Source: Tubiluchus corallicola (Eukaryota; Animalia; Priapulida). Taken from it: a stretch of 26,678 nucleotides of DNA. Shown here in pieces: positions 21,263 to 26,678 of this stretch. A program made the position numbers and the translations under genes. The DNA lies in contig JAQGDQ010000492.1 in NCBI GenBank assembly GCA_030141605.1, positions 138,847 to 165,524 on the forward strand, in the 5' to 3' direction. The number at the start of each line of letters is the position of its first letter. The first letter of the stretch is position 1. The notes below the pieces were generated by a model. That model was given only the letters and a program-made list of their open reading frames with translations. It was not told the DNA's origin and did no database searches.

Positions 21263-21737
21263 GACCTGCAGTTTAAGACTGGGACCTGTTTTGTTTTAAA
21301 GGATGTCGCAAGTTAGACTTGTAAGTAAGGAACAATTACTAATAATAAAGTCTGTAGGTGTAACTCCATTGAATGGATACCGTTATACAGGTATATTTTT
21401 TACACAAAAACAAACTATATTTAATTAACATTTACTTTGTCGTAAGTCTAATTGAATCTTAAAAAATTTGGCTAAATATGAGTGACGTCTGCTCATTATA
21501 TATAGGGCTAATGTATGATTATATGCTTTTTAAACATTTTAACTTAGAATTAACAAAACATGCAGATGCCTTCTGTGGAAAAATTATTTGCTCCTCTGAA
21601 AAACCTCCCTTTTTGTGAAATGTATATTACTCATGAAAGTCAGGCTATTTTTTCAAACTATATTTTCTGAGAAATTATAAAATGAGAAAAAACATTTCTC
21701 CATAAATAGAATAGTAAATAAATAATTTATTTATTTC

Positions 21738-21800
21738 TAATAATAATAATGATGATGGTGATGATGATGATGATAATAATAATAATAATAATAAATAATT
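21738..21800. repeat. Compound (AAT)n/(GAT)n microsatellite
   Basis: Visible directly. Confidence 0.9.
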
Positions 21801-22134
21801 AATACATAAGCCTATTAACTTTCATGAGATATGAATATAATAGCTTTATTTTAATGAATAACTATTCTTTGTGACTTATTCTTACTTTATATAATACTGA
21901 AAAATATCGCAGCTGCTGTAAATCACCAAAGACAGATGTAGACCCTGCAGTCTTTGCTTAGTGTACAAACTTGTAACAAAGTTACAAAATTGTGTTATGA
22001 TTAACATTTTGATGTAATTGAAAGCCGGCATTCTCGGGAAATTTAAAAATAGAGTTTTTATTTGTGTTCAGCGCCTGCCGACGAGCATGGCTTTGATGAA
22101 GCCATCTCATCAATTCGTCTGCCACACACAGGTG

Positions 22135-22470
22135 CGCGTTAGCGTACCTGACAACAGCGCTCAATAATGCTCCGCCGCTAGGGCGACACTAAATACGCGA
22201 ACAGCTTGCGTACCTGACAACAATACTCAGTAATGTTTGCCGCTAGGGCGACACTAAATGCGCGAGCAACTTTCGTACCAGACAATAACACTCAGTAATG
22301 TTTGCCGCTAGGGCGACACTAAATGCGCGAGCAACTTGCGTACCTGACAATAACACTCAGTAATGCTTTGCCGCTAGGGCGACACTAACTGCGCGAACTG
22401 CTCCGCAATAGCGTACTGACAACAACACTCCGTAATGCTCTGCCGCTAGGGCGACGCTAACTGCGCGAAG
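22135..22470. repeat. About 65-bp GC-rich tandem repeat, 5 copies (core GCCGCTAGGGCGACACTAAATGCGCGA)
   Basis: CCGCTAGGGCGA occurs at 22175, 22240, 22305, 22371 and 22443. Confidence 0.93.
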
Positions 22471-23489
22471 TGACTAATTTACGACTTTGTAATACTTTGG
22501 TACAGCCTTTGTCTAATAGTCGTGCCTATGATGAGAAGGTTGCCCATATGTAGGGCGCGGTAAGAATAATGGATGACAGGAAACGCCATTTTTACGTAAA
22601 ATTATTATGTTTTCTGTGGTTTCAAGTAATGGCCAGTATTTAAGTGAATTACTTTGTGAATTCAATAATTTGTGTGAAACAGTCGAGCAAAATGAGAGAT
22701 CTGAACAGAATTGTGTCAAAATAATAAGAAATTAACATCATTAAATGAGGCTTGTATTACATTACTGAGTTTCAGAAGTATGAGCTGTTACAGTAAAGAA
22801 CGGTGTGAACTGAAACTATACAAGGTTGCTACACATTAATCCAACACGAGTTTATGAAAGCGATTTTAGCGATTAAGATTAAGATTTGTGATTCATCCGC
22901 TATTAATTATTTAAATGAAAACAAATTAGCCTGACAAATGCCAAAACTTGCTAAATAACTTTTAGAATCTAACGCACCACAAACGCTTGAGAACTGCTTC
23001 GTTATTTACTTTACACTGCACCTGATAAACAGAGTAAGCCACTTATCAGTACAACAAACGCAAGGCTAATCCAACTACCTCATTAGCGACTTAGTATGAC
23101 GTAACAAACAACAATCAATGGCTAAGCATTTTCAAGTATCTATAAACAGTGTCGTGAATGTAAGCAAATTTGATTGCAAGATCACGTTAACGTAAGACAT
23201 TGGTTTGACAAACTTGGTGCAAGAGAAAGCTGTAGTATTTTAGAAACAAGCTTGACTAAAACCACAACTAAAATTATCAGTGGTTTCTAGTCATTACATT
23301 TAAATAACAGACAATGAACCATCAAATTTCGCGACAACCAAAATAAAAAAATATTTAGTTTTGTCTTTAATTTTTACTTTTTTCAACGTTTCTGTAAAAT
23401 TGGGTCTGATTTTTATGCATTTTCTTTGATAATTTGACAATCTGTTGAAATGCTTACGGTTTTCGAGAACTGGGGTTTATCACTGGTTG

Positions 23490-24014
23490 TACTGCCGTTT
23501 ACCCTTTCTTAAATCATTAACATGAAACAAAAAATTTTTTCTAGAAAGCCTCGTGTAAAATGCGCTAAAATTCGCGCTAAAATTTTCCCGCATTTCCCAA
23601 AATACTACCTGTTTACCCTTTCTTAAACCATTAACATGAAACAAAGCTTTTTTCTAGAAAGCCTCGTGTAAAATGCGCTAAAATTTTCCCACATTTCTCG
23701 CAATACTGCTGTTTATCCTTTCTTAAACCATTAACATGAAACAAAGGCTTTTTTCTAGAAATCCTCGTGTAAAATGCGCTAAAATTTCGCGCTAAAATTT
23801 TCCCGCATTTCCCGCAATACAGCCTGTTTACCCTTTCTTAGACCATTAACACGAAACAAAGGCTTTTTTCTAGAAAGCCTTGTGTAAAATGCGCTAAAAT
23901 TTCGCGCTAAAATTTTCCGCATTTCCCGCACTACTGCCTGTTTACCCTTTCTTAAACCATTAACATGAAACATAGTCTTTTTTCTTGAAAGTCTCGTGTA
24001 AAATGCGCTAAAAT
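23490..24014. repeat. Satellite with ~101/~114-bp units, left block
   Basis: The TTTACCCTTTCTT anchor occurs at 23498, 23612, 23712, 23827 and 23941. Confidence 0.95.
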
Positions 24015-24867
24015 GCAAACACGACTTTTTGCTGATGACACTAACCTCTTCTTAGCAGACAACGATGCGCAAAATCTTGAGCTTAGAAGTAATGAAGAAC
24101 TGATCAAAATTAACACATGGATGCGTACAAATAAGTTAACAGTAAACTATAATAAAACAAAATTTATGATCATAAGAAATAAATTTGAAAACAATGAAAA
24201 CTCCATTATAACAGTATCCATGCAAGACTGTTTATTAGAACAAGTATCAGACATAAAATATCTGGGCGTCTACATAGATGACACCTTTAATTGGTCAACA
24301 CACATAAAAAATATCACCTACAAAGTAAGCAAAGTTACAGGTATATTTTTTAAATTGAGGCATTACTTGAGCACGGATTTACTAAAAATGATTTACTTTG
24401 CCATTGTGTACCCACACATTAACTATTGTATCTTATCGTGGGGCACAGCGAAAAAATCTGTTTTGAAACCACTTACAGCAGCACATAACAAAATTATCAA
24501 AACAATGACTTTTGCTGGGTTCCGAGATCATGCTACCCCCTCCTATTATGCTTTGCAATTATTAAAAATTAATGAAATTTAGAAGCTTGAGTTAGCGAAA
24601 TTCATGTTCAACTATAAAAAGGGCATTCTACCTAAATTATACATCAATTATTTCAAAAAGATGAGTGACGTTCACCAGTATTCTACGAGAGCAGCTACCA
24701 AACAAAACTATTTTCAGGAAAGATTTAACACAACAAAAGGTTTACAAACTTTAAAACATAATGCTACAGTTCTATGGAATACTCTTTCAGATGATCTTAA
24801 GCAATCAACTAGTGTCTATCAGTTAAGTAAATTATATAAATGTCAACTCTTGCAAACTTATTACTGA
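24013..24867 (+). pseudogene. LINE ORF2 C-terminal part (RT domains 5-7 and thumb) with one premature TAG
   Basis: ORFs 24013-24582 and 24604-24867 are in the same frame: ...LKINEI*KLELAKFMFNYKKG...HQYSTR...LWNTL. Confidence 0.9.
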
Positions 24868-25548
24868 ACAACTTTTATTCCTTTTGCCCTCTAATAAATT
24901 GTCTAACTCCGTGCAAGAGCAGTTACTGTTATAGCAGGATCAATTAACTTCCATATTTAATTGTTTATTGTCTAACTTCTGTAGATCGTTTTCAAAGTCT
25001 GGACTCCAATTGTCAATCTCCTCATGCAGTCATACAGGTAATTTTTTGTGCTCTAACTATCTGCCAATTTATTTTACATCAATTCATCAAAAATCGCTCT
25101 GTATTTTTTTTTACATTATGCTTGCGTTATAAAGTAAATTTCAGTTGCCATTGTTATAATGTTCCTGATGTCAGATTTTTATTTCAGTTCTTGTTTCAGT
25201 CCTTATTTCAGTTCAGTTTCATTTCAGTTATTTTCAGTTTGATTTTTTTATTATTATTATTATGCACTTATTATTACTGTGTATGAATTGTACTAACACA
25301 TTATAAGCATATCATTATCAATTTTATGTCATTCCTAACAATTCAGTTTTTATTATAAGCAGTACTAACACTAATACACTGTAGCATAGCGCCTTTAAAA
25401 AATGTTCATCACTAACCAAAGGGCAGCTGACTAGATGACCAATTGGTCTTTCGCTGCCCTTTCTTCACATTTTTGTTGCTAAATTAATTGTATTGTAACT
25501 GTGTGTGTTAAAAGATAAATAAAAGGTTATTATTATTATTATTATTAT
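24015..25548 (+). mobile_element. 5'-truncated CR1-group LINE (L2/Crack-like) inserted in the satellite
   Basis: RT motifs LFADDTNL, W...NKLTVNYNKTKFM, KYLGVYIDD.FNWSTHI and YFAIVYPHINYC..SWG are present. The 3' UTR has a hairpin AAAGGGCAGC...GCTGCCCTTT (25418-25462), AATAAA (25518) and a (TTA)n tail (25527-25548). Confidence 0.93.
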
Positions 25549-26678
25549 GTTTACACTTTCTTAAACCATTAACATGAAACAAAGGCTTTTTTCTAGAAAG
25601 CCTCGTGTAAAATGCGCTAAAATTTTCCCGCATTTCCCGCAATACTGCCTGTTTACACTTTCTTAAACCATTAACATGAAACAAAGGTTTTTCTCTAGAA
25701 AGCCTCGTGTAAAATGCGCTAAAATTTTCCGCATTTGCCGCAATACTGCCTGTTTACACTTTCTTAAACCATTAACATGGAACAAAGGTTTTTCTCTAGA
25801 AAATCTTGTGTAAAATGCGCTAAAATTTTCCCGCATTTCGAAAAATACTGCCTGTTTACACTTTCTTAAACCATTAACATGAAACACAGCTTTTTTCTAG
25901 AAAGTCTCCTGTAAAATGCGCTAAAATTTTCCCGCATTTCCAGCAATACTGCCTGTTTACACTTTCTTAAACCATTAACACGAAACAAAGGCTTTTTTTC
26001 TAGAAAGCTTCGTGTAAAATGCGCTAAAATTTTCCGCATTTCCCGCAATACTGCCTGTTTACCCTTTCTTAGACAATTAACATGAAACATAGTCTTTTTT
26101 CTTGAAAGTCTCGTGTAAAATGCGCTAAAATTTTCCCGCATTTCCCGCAATACGGCCTGTTTACACTTTCTTAAACCATTAACACGAAACAAAGGCTTTT
26201 TTTCTAGAAAGTCTTGTGTAAAATGCGCAAAAATTTCGCGCTAAAATTTTCCGGCATTTCCCGTAGTACTGTCTGTTTACACTTTCTTAAACCATTAACC
26301 TGAAACAAAGGCTTTTTTCTAGAAAGCCTCGTGTAAAATGTGCTGAAATTTCGCGCTAAAATTTTCCCGCATTTCCCGCAATACTGCCTGTTTACCCTTT
26401 CTTAAACCATTAACATGAAACAAAGGCTTTTTTTCTAGAAAGGTTCGTGTAAAATGCGCTAAAATTTCGCGCAAAAATTTTCCACATTTCCCGCAATACT
26501 CCCTGTTTACCCTTTCTTAAACCATTAACATGAAACAAAGGCTTTCTTTGTAGAAAGTCTCGTGTAAAATGCGCTAAAATTTCGCGCTAAAATTTTCCCG
26601 CATTTCCCGCAATACTGCCTGTTTACACTTTCTTAAACCATTAACATGAAACAAAGGCTTTTTTCTAGAAAGCCTTGT
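25549..26678. repeat. Satellite with ~101/~114-bp units, right block (runs off the window end)
   Basis: Unit CTGCCTGTTTACACTTTCTTAAACCATTAACATGAAACAAAGGCTTTTTTCTAGAAAGCCTCGTGTAAAATGCGCTAAAATTTTCCCGCATTTCCCGCAATA. Long units carry an extra TTCGCGCTAAAAT. It explains ORFs 23779-24018, 25663-25887 and 25866-26192. Confidence 0.96.

Noticed and set aside
23779-26192. Minus-strand basic ORFs (MFHVNGLRK...)
   Set aside because: They are translations of the ~101/114-bp satellite.

Overview
AT-rich eukaryotic (probably invertebrate animal) genomic DNA with GT-AG introns, a 5S-derived SINE, LINE fragments, a solo LTR, DNA-transposon derivatives and several tandem arrays. There are no operons or CRISPR arrays, and most listed ORFs are artefacts of repeats. 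The only host gene visible encodes a modular cell-surface leucine-rich-repeat (LRR) protein. It has symmetric phase-1 module exons (LRRCT + Cys cap + LRRs) at 1334-615 (-) and 10214-10954 (+), and a terminal exon at 11769-12010 (+) with an LRRCT and a hydrophobic, GPI-signal-like tail. The most notable structure is an apparently identical inverted duplication of at least 912 bp (1-912 vs 3515-4426) whose inner boundary lies inside the first exon. Flipping the 2.6-kb spacer between the arms would rebuild the intact 720-bp exon on the + strand, in line with the downstream exons. This could be a frame-preserving exon on/off inversion, or an assembly flip. The duplicated unit looks like a Helentron-type element plus captured 3' flank. 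All family assignments come from visual motif recognition; no searches were run.
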